64,000 nt of DNA, taken from Candidatus Marinacidobacterium sp. GTDB taxonomy: Bacteria; Acidobacteriota; Vicinamibacteria; Marinacidobacterales; Marinacidobacteraceae. The notes beneath the pieces were generated by a model. That model ran no database searches, was not told the origin of the DNA, and saw nothing but the letters and a program-made list of their open reading frames with translations. Positions 51,213-60,091 of this stretch are shown here, one piece after another. The DNA lies in NCBI GenBank assembly GCA_965220965.1, contig OZ244852.1, positions 2,528,001 to 2,592,000 on the forward strand, written 5' to 3'. Each line of letters opens with the position of its first letter. Position 1 is the stretch's first letter. The translations under genes and the position numbers were made by a program.

Positions 51213-52742
51213 ATGCCACGGATCGTCGCCCTGATCCCCGTCCTGCTCCTTCTCGCGGTCGGCGTTCCGGCCCAGGAAGCCGCGGAGGCCGAGGCCCCCG
51301 GCAAGGAGCGCTGGGAGTCGAGCCACTCCATCGAAGTGGGCGGCGAGACCGTCGAATACGACGCGGTCGTCGCGAGTACGACGCTCACGAACGACGACGG
51401 AGAGCCGGCCGCCGAGCTCTTCTACACCGCCTACTTCCGGACCAACGGAGCCCCCTCCTCCGATCGGCCGCTGATCTTCTCCTACAACGGCGGTCCCGGG
51501 TCCGCCTCCTTCTGGCTGCACATGGGGATCATGGGTCCGCGCCGGGTCGTCACCCCCGAGGTCGGACCGCAGGGCGCCCCGCCCTACCCGCTCGAGGACA
51601 ACCAGTACACCCTCCTCGACATCGCCGACATCGTCATGGTGGATCCGATCGGCACCGGATTCAGCCACACCCTCGGCGACACCCCCGGCTCCGACTACTG
51701 GGGGATCGATGAGGACGCCCGCTCGCTCGCGCAGTTCGTGCGGCGCTTCCTGAGCGAGTACGACCGCTGGAACTCGCCCCGCTTCCTCCTCGGCGAAAGC
51801 TACGGGACGACCCGCTCCGCGGTGCTCGCCGGGCATCTCCAGCGCGCCAACATCGACCTGAACGGCATCGTCCTCGTCTCGGTCGTGCTCCAGTTCAACA
51901 CCATCCAGTTCGCGCCGGGCGACGACCTGCCCTACATCGTGAACCTTCCGGGCTACGCCGTCACCGCCCGCTATCTCGACGCGCTTCCCGGAGGATCGCC
52001 CGACAACCTCGAGGCCTTCATGGCCGAGGTCGAGACCTGGTCGCTCACCGACTACGCCACCGCGCTGCTCGCGGGCGGGACCCTCGACCCGGCGACCCGG
52101 ACCGAGGTCATCGAGCAGATGCACCGCTACACCGGCCTCAGCCGGGACTTCATCGACAAGTCGGACCTGCGGGTGACCGCGCCGGCCTTCGAAGCGGAGC
52201 TGCTCCGGGATGAGGGACGGATCGTGGGCCGTCTCGACTCCCGCTTCACCGGCCCCGCCGGCGATGTGCTCGGGACCCGCCCATCGCACGACCCCCAGTC
52301 GACCGCGATCAGCTCGGCCTACACCTCGGCGTTCAACGCCTACCTGCGGGGCGAGCTCGGCTACAACGGCGACCGGGAATACACCCCGAGCGGGGGAACC
52401 CGGAACTGGAACTGGGGCCGCCTCGGCGGCGGGGGCTTCTTCGTGCGCGGCGGCGGCACGCCGAACGTGGCGCCCGATCTGGCCCGCGCGATGCAGCGGA
52501 ACCCCGAGCTCAAGGTGCTGCTGGTGAACGGGATCTACGACCTGGCGACGCCCTACTTCGCCGCGGTCTGGACCGTGGACCGGATGGGCCTGACGCCGGA
52601 GCTCCGGGCGAACGTCGAGCGCTCCGACTTCGAGGCCGGGCACATGATGTACGTCGAGCAGGCGCTCCTTTCCCAGTGGAAGGAGGTCCTCGACGACTTC
52701 GTGCTCCGCGCCTCCGGCGCATCCAGCCCCGCGTCGCCGTAG
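51213..52742 (+). CDS. secreted S10 family serine carboxypeptidase
   Basis: 'NGGPGSAS', 'DPIGTGFS', nucleophile 'GESYG', 'YDLATP', 'AGHMMY'. Confidence 0.92.
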   Translation: MPRIVALIPVLLLLAVGVPAQEAAEAEAPGKERWESSHSIEVGGETVEYDAVVASTTLTNDDGEPAAELFYTAYFRTNGAPSSDRPLIFSYNGGPGSASFWLHMGIMGPRRVVTPEVGPQGAPPYPLEDNQYTLLDIADIVMVDPIGTGFSHTLGDTPGSDYWGIDEDARSLAQFVRRFLSEYDRWNSPRFLLGESYGTTRSAVLAGHLQRANIDLNGIVLVSVVLQFNTIQFAPGDDLPYIVNLPGYAVTARYLDALPGGSPDNLEAFMAEVETWSLTDYATALLAGGTLDPATRTEVIEQMHRYTGLSRDFIDKSDLRVTAPAFEAELLRDEGRIVGRLDSRFTGPAGDVLGTRPSHDPQSTAISSAYTSAFNAYLRGELGYNGDREYTPSGGTRNWNWGRLGGGGFFVRGGGTPNVAPDLARAMQRNPELKVLLVNGIYDLATPYFAAVWTVDRMGLTPELRANVERSDFEAGHMMYVEQALLSQWKEVLDDFVLRASGASSPASP

Positions 52743-52775
52743 CCGCTCCGGCTGGACCACAGAGCCAGACGGACC

Positions 52776-53195
52776 ATGCCCTCCCGGCACGATGACTGGT
52801 TTCGGCAGGCGGCGGCCGATCTGCGCCATGCCCGCAGCGCTCGCGCGGAGGCCGCGCACGACTGGGCCTGTTTTGCAGCCCATCAGGCGGCGGCGAAGGC
52901 GCTGAAGGCCGCCCTGATGCGTTGCGGCGCCGACGCCTGGGGACACACCGTGACCGGGTTGCTCGGGGCTGTGTCCGGCGACGAGGAGCCTCCCGCTGAT
53001 CTCGTCGACTGCGCCAAGGCGCTCGACAAGCATGCGATTCCCGCCCGTTATCCCAGCGCCTTCCCGGAGGGCGCCCCCATCGACTTCTACACGGGCCGGG
53101 ACTCCGACGAGGCCATCACGTTTGCTGAACGGCTCATGGCCGTTACTCGCGGTGTGGACATGCTCTCCCGCGAAGCTGAACCGGCGGATCGCTGA
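52776..53195 (+). CDS. HEPN domain protein (orphan)
   Basis: 'DWFRQA..DL', 'WACFAAHQAA.KALKA', 'GH', 'LDKH.IP.RYP'. Confidence 0.85.
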   Translation: MPSRHDDWFRQAAADLRHARSARAEAAHDWACFAAHQAAAKALKAALMRCGADAWGHTVTGLLGAVSGDEEPPADLVDCAKALDKHAIPARYPSAFPEGAPIDFYTGRDSDEAITFAERLMAVTRGVDMLSREAEPADR

Positions 53196-53218
53196 CGCCG
53201 ACGGAAGCCGACCCCTCC

Positions 53219-54226
53219 ATGTCCGGCGCGCCGCTGGCTGGCCGGGTCGCCGTCGTCGCCGGGGCGACGCGCGGCGCCGGGCGGGGGATTGCCCGGATGC
53301 TGGGGGCGGCGGGCGCCACCGTCTACTGCACCGGACGCAGCGTGTCCGGCGGCCCCGCCACCCCCGGACGCTCGGAGACGATCCAGGAGACCGCGGAGCT
53401 GGTCACCGCCGAGGGGGGCCGGGGCATCGCGGTCCGGGTCGACCACACCGTCGAGTCCGAGGTAGAGGCGCTGTTCGCCCGGATCCGGGAGGAGGCGGGA
53501 CAGCTCGATGTGCTCGTCAACGACATCTGGGGCGGGGATGCGCTGACCGAGTGGGGATCGCCCTTCTGGAAGCTCACGACAAGCCAGGGGATGGCGCTGC
53601 TGGAGCGCGCCGTCCACACCCACATCATCACCAGCCGCCACGGCGTCCCGCTCATGGTGGAGCGAAACGCCGGGCTCATCGTGGAAGTCACCGACGGGGA
53701 CACGCTCGGCTACCGGGGCAACCTGTTCTACGACCTCGCCAAGAACGCGGTCATCCGGCTCGCCTACGCCATGGCCGCCGACCTCGAGGCTCATGAGGTG
53801 ACGGCGCTGGCGCTCACCCCCGGATTCCTCCGCTCGGAGGCGGTGCTGGATCACTTCGGCGTCACCGAGGCGAACTGGCGGGACGCGATCGCGAAGGATG
53901 CCTATTTCTCGGAGTCGGAGACCCCCTGCTTCGTGGGCCGGGCGGTGGCGGCGCTCGCCGGTGATCCCGACGTCGGGAAGAAGAGCGGCGGGCTGTTCTC
54001 GAGTTGGGGGCTCGCCCGGGAGTACGGGTTCGACGATCTCGATGGACGGCGACCCGACTGGGGGACGTTCTTCCACGGCAAGGTGGGGGAGATCCTCGAG
54101 CGCGAGAGCCCGCCGGACGAGATGGACCGCTTCGTCATCCGGACCCGGCTCTTCCAGGCGGAGCTCGATCCGTCGCTGAAGGACGAAGCCGCCCGGCTGC
54201 GGGAGTGGCTCGACCGCCACGGCTGA
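53219..54226 (+). CDS. short-chain dehydrogenase/reductase
   Basis: 'VAGATRGAGRG', 'DVLVN', catalytic 'YDLAK'. Confidence 0.9.
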   Translation: MSGAPLAGRVAVVAGATRGAGRGIARMLGAAGATVYCTGRSVSGGPATPGRSETIQETAELVTAEGGRGIAVRVDHTVESEVEALFARIREEAGQLDVLVNDIWGGDALTEWGSPFWKLTTSQGMALLERAVHTHIITSRHGVPLMVERNAGLIVEVTDGDTLGYRGNLFYDLAKNAVIRLAYAMAADLEAHEVTALALTPGFLRSEAVLDHFGVTEANWRDAIAKDAYFSESETPCFVGRAVAALAGDPDVGKKSGGLFSSWGLAREYGFDDLDGRRPDWGTFFHGKVGEILERESPPDEMDRFVIRTRLFQAELDPSLKDEAARLREWLDRHG

Positions 54227-54259
54227 AGAAGTCCTGGCCGCCCCGCGGAGGGGCGCCGG

Positions 54260-55405
54260 TCACGGCCAGAGCCGGTCCGTCTCGAGGGCCTCGAGGAAGC
54301 GCCGGAGCGGCCAGACCTCGATCCCGCCTTCGGTCACGAACCGCTGGTCTCCCAGGTACACCAGGATGCGCCTCGCCAGGCCAGGCAGTTCCTCGACCGC
54401 CTGGAGCCCGCGAAGCTGCGCCGAGTGGAACCGCTTCGACGCCTTGATCTCGATGGCCAGCCGTTCGTCGCCCCGGACGAGGAGCGCGTCCACCTCGGTT
54501 GCGGCCTCCGCCGGGGACCAGAAGCAAAGCTCTTCGTAGAGCGGCCCTGGTTCGCGGTAGGCGCGCAGCAGGCCCAGGACCCAGCCCTCGAACATCGCGC
54601 CGCGCTCCTCGGCGCCGACCGGGCCGAGATGGCGCTTCATGGCGCGCGCCAGGCCCGGGTCCGCCCAGTAGAGCTTGGGTCGCTTCCGCTCCCGCACTCG
54701 CAGCTTCGCCTCGAAGGCTGGCAGTCGCCACGCCAGCAGCGTGTCTTCGAGGACCTCCAGATAGCCCGCGACCGTGGTGCGCGCGACCCCGGCGTCGCGC
54801 GCGATCCCGGCGACATTGAGTTGCTGCCCGTGGAGTAGGGCCGCCACCCGGAGGAACCGCACGAAGCCCGGCAGGTTGCGGAGGCTGGCTTCGGCGCGGA
54901 TCTCCTCCCGCAGGTAGAGCTGCGCGTAGCTTTCGAGAGCCAGCCGGCGATCCTCCGAGGCCCGGACCAGCGGCATGGCGCCATGTCGCAACACTTCGTC
55001 CAGATCGAAATCCGCGCCCATCTCCTCCGGCAGGAGCGGGAACATCTCCATACGCAGCGCGCGGCCGGCGAGCAGGTTGACGCCGCCGGCGCGGAGCTTC
55101 CGGGCGCTCGACCCGACGAGAGCGACCCGGCGACCCTCCTCGATCAGGCGGTGGACCTCGTTCAGCAGCTCCGGCATGCGCTGGACCTGGTTCACCACGA
55201 TCCAGGCGTCCCCGGGCGCCGCTTCGGTCAGCGCCCGGAATCGCCCCGGTTCGCCCTGAAGATCGAAGAGCAGCGCCTCGTCCAGCAGGTCCAGATGGAG
55301 CGCCCCCGGGAGGGCGTTCCGGACCCAGGTGCTCTTGCCAACGCCGCGAAGCCCGAGGAGAAAGAAGCTCCGCTCGGGGAGTGTCAGCCGTCTTCTGTAG
55401 AGCAC
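54260..55405 (-). CDS. AAA+ ATPase with DUF4143 and C-terminal PD-(D/E)xK-like domain
   Basis: Walker A 'GLRGVGKS', 'GSSARKL', 'LAGRA', 'PKLYWADPG', 'EVD..LAIEIK'. Confidence 0.88.
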   Translation of the reverse strand: MLYRRRLTLPERSFFLLGLRGVGKSTWVRNALPGALHLDLLDEALLFDLQGEPGRFRALTEAAPGDAWIVVNQVQRMPELLNEVHRLIEEGRRVALVGSSARKLRAGGVNLLAGRALRMEMFPLLPEEMGADFDLDEVLRHGAMPLVRASEDRRLALESYAQLYLREEIRAEASLRNLPGFVRFLRVAALLHGQQLNVAGIARDAGVARTTVAGYLEVLEDTLLAWRLPAFEAKLRVRERKRPKLYWADPGLARAMKRHLGPVGAEERGAMFEGWVLGLLRAYREPGPLYEELCFWSPAEAATEVDALLVRGDERLAIEIKASKRFHSAQLRGLQAVEELPGLARRILVYLGDQRFVTEGGIEVWPLRRFLEALETDRLWP

Positions 55406-55502
55406 GCCGTCATGTTACGGCGTAAAGCGACGGAAAGATGTGCAGTTTCCCGAGTCCGAGCCCACCCGCGCCCGACTGCCTCCCCCGGGCCGCCCGACCC
55501 GC

Positions 55503-56699
55503 TCAGGCGAAGAGCGATCGCACCCGGTCCGCGACCAGGGCGTCTTCCCCCGGCCGGAGCATCCACATCGAGATGCGCAGTTGTCCTTCGCCGGTGCGCG
55601 ACACCGCGACCGGAGGATCCCCCGCGAGCAGCCTCGCGGCGGCGTCCTCCGAGGTCAGACCGAGCTGCTCCTCGCTCCAGCGGACGACCACATGGGGGAC
55701 GTGGTTCGCGATCCCGGGGACGACGGTCTCGCAGGAGAGCCCGGTCACCGGCGCCAGGACCCCGGTGACCCGCTCGGCGCGGGCGTCGAGCTCCGCTCGC
55801 TCGGCCTCGTGGTCCAGGGTGAGGTACCGCTCGACCGCGGCGACCAGCCCGATGATCTCCTCCTTGCCGACCTTCATGCCCCGGCCGATGCCCGCGAACG
55901 GGCTGATCGCCTTCCGCGAGGCCTCGACCAGGTCCGGGCGGCCGAGCAGGAGCCCGGACGCCTGCGGCCCGCGAAGGCCCTTGCCGCCCGAGAAGATCAC
56001 CATGTCGAAGCCTTCTTCGACGTAGGTTCTGAGCCGCTCCGGAGGGGGAACATCGGCGGCGGCGTCGTTCATCGTCGGGATGTCGTGGGCTTTCGCCACC
56101 TCGATCCACTCGGCGCGGCCGATCTGGCCGTTCGGGTCGGCGAAGTTCAGGAAGAACATCATGGCCGTCCGCTCGCTGATCGCCGCCTCGAGCTCCTCCC
56201 GGGTGTCCACCCAGACGATCTTCGCGCCCACCAGCTCCATCTGGGCCTGGTAGCCGGTGCGGTGCGCGCGCTGCTGGATCACCTCGTTCTTCATCCCGGT
56301 CGTGTCGGGAAGGCGCCGCAGCATGTCGTCATCGCCGCCGGTGATCGCCGCCGCCGTACCGCTCGTCATCGCCGAGGCGGCGCCACACGAGATCATCGCG
56401 GCGGGCACGCCGATCAGGCCGGCCAGGTGGTCGCCGGCGCGCGCCTGGAGCTCGGGGAGGGGGACGAACGAACGCGAGGCGGCCACCATTGCGCCCGTGA
56501 CTTCCGGCGGCATGAGCGAGCCGCCCAGCACGGTCACCGTGCCCACGCCGTTGATCACCGGCCGGATGCCGAGCCGGAGGTAGACATCCTCGGGCGGCGC
56601 GGCCGCTTCGCCCCCCGACTCGGCGCAACCGGTCATTCCCAGCACCGTCGCGGTGGCCCCTCCCTGAAGGACCCGCCGCCGCGTCATCTTCTCCGGCAT
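55503..56699 (-). CDS. SelA/DgaE-like PLP-dependent enzyme with Tat (lipo)protein signal
   Basis: 'TRRRVL...MTGC', 'PVIN..GT.T.LGGS', 'DAAA', 'FSGGKGLRGPQ', 'GRGMKVGKE'. Confidence 0.85.
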   Translation of the reverse strand: MPEKMTRRRVLQGGATATVLGMTGCAESGGEAAAPPEDVYLRLGIRPVINGVGTVTVLGGSLMPPEVTGAMVAASRSFVPLPELQARAGDHLAGLIGVPAAMISCGAASAMTSGTAAAITGGDDDMLRRLPDTTGMKNEVIQQRAHRTGYQAQMELVGAKIVWVDTREELEAAISERTAMMFFLNFADPNGQIGRAEWIEVAKAHDIPTMNDAAADVPPPERLRTYVEEGFDMVIFSGGKGLRGPQASGLLLGRPDLVEASRKAISPFAGIGRGMKVGKEEIIGLVAAVERYLTLDHEAERAELDARAERVTGVLAPVTGLSCETVVPGIANHVPHVVVRWSEEQLGLTSEDAAARLLAGDPPVAVSRTGEGQLRISMWMLRPGEDALVADRVRSLFA

Positions 56700-56789
56700 G
56701 TTGCTTCTCCCGCGCTTAACGGTCCGTTGATAAAGTCGCGTGCAGCGCCGAGAGCGGTGAGGCGCCCGGCCGACAAGGCGCGTGAGCGA

Positions 56790-56808
56790 GGAATATCGCG
56801 AATATTCC
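56790..56808. promoter_or_regulatory. AT-rich palindromic operator candidate
   Basis: GGAATAT-CGCGA-ATATTCC upstream of the SelA-like gene. Confidence 0.45.
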
Positions 56809-56917
56809 GAGTGAAACGCAACGATGAGCGCCCCAAAGGGGCGCGGTTCGGGCGGGATGCATCGCCGCTCGAGCCCCTGCCGGGAGAACCGGGCCGCGGG
56901 ACTTTGTCAACGGGCTG

Positions 56918-58243
56918 TTAACCACGGAGCCGGTCGAGGATCCCGTCCCAGCGCCCGTCTCCCTGCGCTCCGTAGTCGAACGGGAGTGCGCGCCAGTCCT
57001 GGCGCGTGCGCCCGTTCAGGTCCCACGCGAGCCGCCCGTCCTTGAACGTCATCTCGCAGACCAGCTTCTCGCGCCCATCGTGGCGCGCGCCGAAGCTGTC
57101 CACGAACCCGAACTCACCGGTCTCCAGCTTCAGCACCGCGACATCGGCGACCGCGCCGACCGAAAGGTGGCCCAGCTCGTCGCGGTGGATCATCCGCGCC
57201 GCACGCCAGGTCGACTGGTCGATCACATCCTCGAGGGACACCCCCAGCGCCAGCAACTTGCTCATCGTGGTGATCTGGTCGTGCATCCCGCCGTTCATGG
57301 AGCCGATGTGGAGGTCCGTCGAGATCGTGTCGGGGGGGAACCCGGCTTCCAGACAGCGGGCCGCCACGCTCCACTTGAAGCTGCCCCCGCCGTGCCCGAC
57401 ATCGAAGAGAACGCCCCGCTCCCTGCCGGCGAAGAGGCCGGGGTTCGGCGTTCCGTCGTCCAGCAGTTCGCGCCGGTTGCCTGCGTAGCAGTGCGTGTAG
57501 ATGTCTCCGGGGCGCAGCTTCTCGCCGAGGAGCGTCTCGATGGGACGCTCCGGCAGGTTCGACCCGAAGTCCACCATGACCGGGATCCCGGCGGTCTCCC
57601 CGGCGCGGACCGACTCCTCGATCGGGAACCAGTCCGCTCCGGCGTAGTGGGCGGTCTTGACCCCCACCACGAGGTCGGCGTGCTCGCGCGCGAACGCGGC
57701 GGTCGGGGCCGCTTCCATGTCCGCGAGGTTTTGCTCCACCTCGCCGCCGCGCATCCCGTGGCCGACGATGTTCAGGAACGCCAGGATCCGCGTCTGGCTG
57801 CGGCCGATGACCGTTTCCCGGAACGTCTCGAAGTTGCGCCACCCGGCGCAGCCGGCGTCCACCGCGGTCGTGACGCCGGAGTGGAGCGTGTGGCCGTCGG
57901 GATAGAGGCTGTTGTCGCCGACGAACGATCCCGGCTCGTTCTGTCCCGCGAAGACGTGGACATGGACATCGATCAGCCCGGGAGTGACGAGGAGTCCCCG
58001 GCAGTCGACGACCTTGAAGGCCCGTTCGGGCGCGATCGCGGCTTCGACCGCCGCCACCCTGCCGTCCCGGACGGCGAGGTCGCGGATCGCGCTCACCGAG
58101 TTGCGCGGGTCGATCAGGCGCCCTCCCGCCAGCAGGAAATCGAACTCCGGCGCCTGGGCGGAGCGGGCCGAACCGGCCAGCGGCAGCGCGGCGGCCCCCG
58201 CCAGCAGCTCCCGGCGCGAGAGGCCGGGCTTTCCTCGGGTCAT
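56918..58243 (-). CDS. dihydroorotase-like amidohydrolase/deacetylase with Tat signal
   Basis: 'SRRELL', 'PGLIDVHVH', 'GVTT.VDAG', 'GDIYTH', 'DVGHG', 'ISTDLH'. Confidence 0.87.
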   Translation of the reverse strand: MTRGKPGLSRRELLAGAAALPLAGSARSAQAPEFDFLLAGGRLIDPRNSVSAIRDLAVRDGRVAAVEAAIAPERAFKVVDCRGLLVTPGLIDVHVHVFAGQNEPGSFVGDNSLYPDGHTLHSGVTTAVDAGCAGWRNFETFRETVIGRSQTRILAFLNIVGHGMRGGEVEQNLADMEAAPTAAFAREHADLVVGVKTAHYAGADWFPIEESVRAGETAGIPVMVDFGSNLPERPIETLLGEKLRPGDIYTHCYAGNRRELLDDGTPNPGLFAGRERGVLFDVGHGGGSFKWSVAARCLEAGFPPDTISTDLHIGSMNGGMHDQITTMSKLLALGVSLEDVIDQSTWRAARMIHRDELGHLSVGAVADVAVLKLETGEFGFVDSFGARHDGREKLVCEMTFKDGRLAWDLNGRTRQDWRALPFDYGAQGDGRWDGILDRLRG

Positions 58244-58296
58244 GCGCATCCCTCCCGGGGAGAGTGTCTCAGGGACTGATTGCCGCTGCCGTTCGC

Positions 58297-59769
58297 TCAG
58301 GCCCGCCACGGGTAGGGCGGCCGGCGGCGATGCCAGTCGGTCTCCCGCTGGAACGCCATCCCGAAGTCCATGACCGCCTGGTCGTCCATGGCCGAGCCCA
58401 CGATCTGGAGCGACAGCGGGAGCCCGTCCTCGTCGAACCCGCACGGAATCGCGAGACCCGGGTGCCCCACCAGATTCGCAATGTAGTTGAGCCTCGGCGT
58501 CCCGTCGCTGACGTCCCCGGGGGGCTCCCACTCGGGGCGCGCCGGGATCGGCCAGCCGTCTTCCACCTCCCGCCGCGCGGCGCCGTTCGGCCAGGTGGGG
58601 GCGACGACCGCATCGAAGCGCGACAGCACCTCGTCCGCCTCGCGGACGAGCTGGTTCCGGATCCGCTGGGCGGTGACGTAGTCGGCCGCGGGCAGCATCC
58701 GGCCCGCCATCCAGCCGGCGCGGCGATCCTCGTTGAACGAGAACATGTCTCGGGCCCGTCCATCGTCGAAAAGCTCCCGGAAGTTCGTCCCGCTCTCCAC
58801 CGTCACGATCGTGGTGAACAGCGCTCCGGTGGGCCGCAGCGGCAGCTCCACCTCCTCGACCTCCACCCCGATCTGCCGGAAGACATCGAGGGCTTCCTCG
58901 AAGACGCGGCGGGTGGTTTCCGACTGCGACAGCTCGAACTCGGGGCGGTGGACTCCGAGCCGCCGCCCGCGCATCGAACCCGGATCGGACCGGAAGACGA
59001 AGGGCTCCGCCACCGTGCTCGGGTCGCCGGCGTCGGGCCCGGCGATCTGCTCCAGCACGAACCCGCAGTCTTCGACGCATCGCCCGACCGGGCCGATCTT
59101 GTCGAGGCTCCACGACAGCGCCATGCAGCCGACTCGGCTGACCCGCCCGAAGGTCGGGCGGAGTCCGGTGGCGCCCACTGCGGACGCCGGGAACACGATG
59201 GATCCGCCGGTCTCGGTTCCGATCCCGAAGCCGATGAGCCCGGCGACCGCCGCCGCCACCGTTCCGCTCGAGGAGCCGAAGCTCGTCCGGTCCAGCTTCC
59301 AGGGGTTCAGCGCCGAACTGGTGTTCCCGCCGGCGAACTCCCCGAGCGACATCTTGGCGAACATCACCGCGCCCGCTTCCTCGAGAAGCCGGATCACCGC
59401 GGCGTCCCGGTCCGGGATCCGGTCGGCGAAGATCCCGGAGCCCCAGGTCGTCCGCACGCCGCGGGTGTCGAGGAGATCCTTGACGCCATACGGGATGCCG
59501 TGAAGGAGGCTCCGGCGGGTTCCTTCCGCCCGCTCGCGGTCGGCGCGCCGGGCGTCCTCGAGCGCCCGGTCACGGGCGATCGTGACCATGGTGGCGAGCT
59601 TTCCCTCGTGGTCGAGGCGGGGCTCGCTGGGCAGCGGGAACGGCGGGACGTCGAGTTCCTCCGCCCGTTCGAGATACGCCTCGGTCAGTTCGACCGATGT
59701 GAAGTCGCCGGCATCGAGGCCGGCGGCCAGCTCGGGGACCGACCCGAACAGGGTGTCCTCGTTGACCAT
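58297..59769 (-). CDS. amidase-signature family enzyme (GatA-like, no signal peptide)
   Basis: 'LHGIPYGVKDL', 'GSSSG', 'IGTETGGSI', 'GLRPTFGRVS'. Confidence 0.9.
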   Translation of the reverse strand: MVNEDTLFGSVPELAAGLDAGDFTSVELTEAYLERAEELDVPPFPLPSEPRLDHEGKLATMVTIARDRALEDARRADRERAEGTRRSLLHGIPYGVKDLLDTRGVRTTWGSGIFADRIPDRDAAVIRLLEEAGAVMFAKMSLGEFAGGNTSSALNPWKLDRTSFGSSSGTVAAAVAGLIGFGIGTETGGSIVFPASAVGATGLRPTFGRVSRVGCMALSWSLDKIGPVGRCVEDCGFVLEQIAGPDAGDPSTVAEPFVFRSDPGSMRGRRLGVHRPEFELSQSETTRRVFEEALDVFRQIGVEVEEVELPLRPTGALFTTIVTVESGTNFRELFDDGRARDMFSFNEDRRAGWMAGRMLPAADYVTAQRIRNQLVREADEVLSRFDAVVAPTWPNGAARREVEDGWPIPARPEWEPPGDVSDGTPRLNYIANLVGHPGLAIPCGFDEDGLPLSLQIVGSAMDDQAVMDFGMAFQRETDWHRRRPPYPWRA

Positions 59770-59780
59770 CCGCCCCGTTC

Positions 59781-60053
59781 TCAGGCCCGCCGGAAGATCA
59801 GCAGCGGCGGCTCATCGGGGTCGAGCGGGAAGTCGCGCAGCTCGCGCTGCACCCCGACCATGCCCGACAGCGCCCGGCGCAGCCGGTCGAGCTCCTCCGG
59901 ATCCTCGTAGATGCCGCGCGGCCCCTGGTGGTCCAGCAGCGCCTGCGCGGTCGTCACCGAGACCTCACCGGTCTCCTCGACTTCGGCGCAGGCCGCCGAC
60001 CACAGGAGCCCGGAGGCCGCGCCGCCGGCGGCGAGGAAACGGCGCCGATCCAC
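59781..60053 (-). CDS. small Tat-signal protein, putative amidase partner subunit
   Basis: GTG start 'MDRRRFLAAGG...SAAC'; ends 'RELRDFPLDPDEPPLLIFRRA' 11 nt before the amidase. Confidence 0.7.
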   Translation of the reverse strand: MDRRRFLAAGGAASGLLWSAACAEVEETGEVSVTTAQALLDHQGPRGIYEDPEELDRLRRALSGMVGVQRELRDFPLDPDEPPLLIFRRA

Positions 60054-60091
60054 CGGTCGCCCGGCTCCGATGGGTCCCGGGGAGGGACGGC

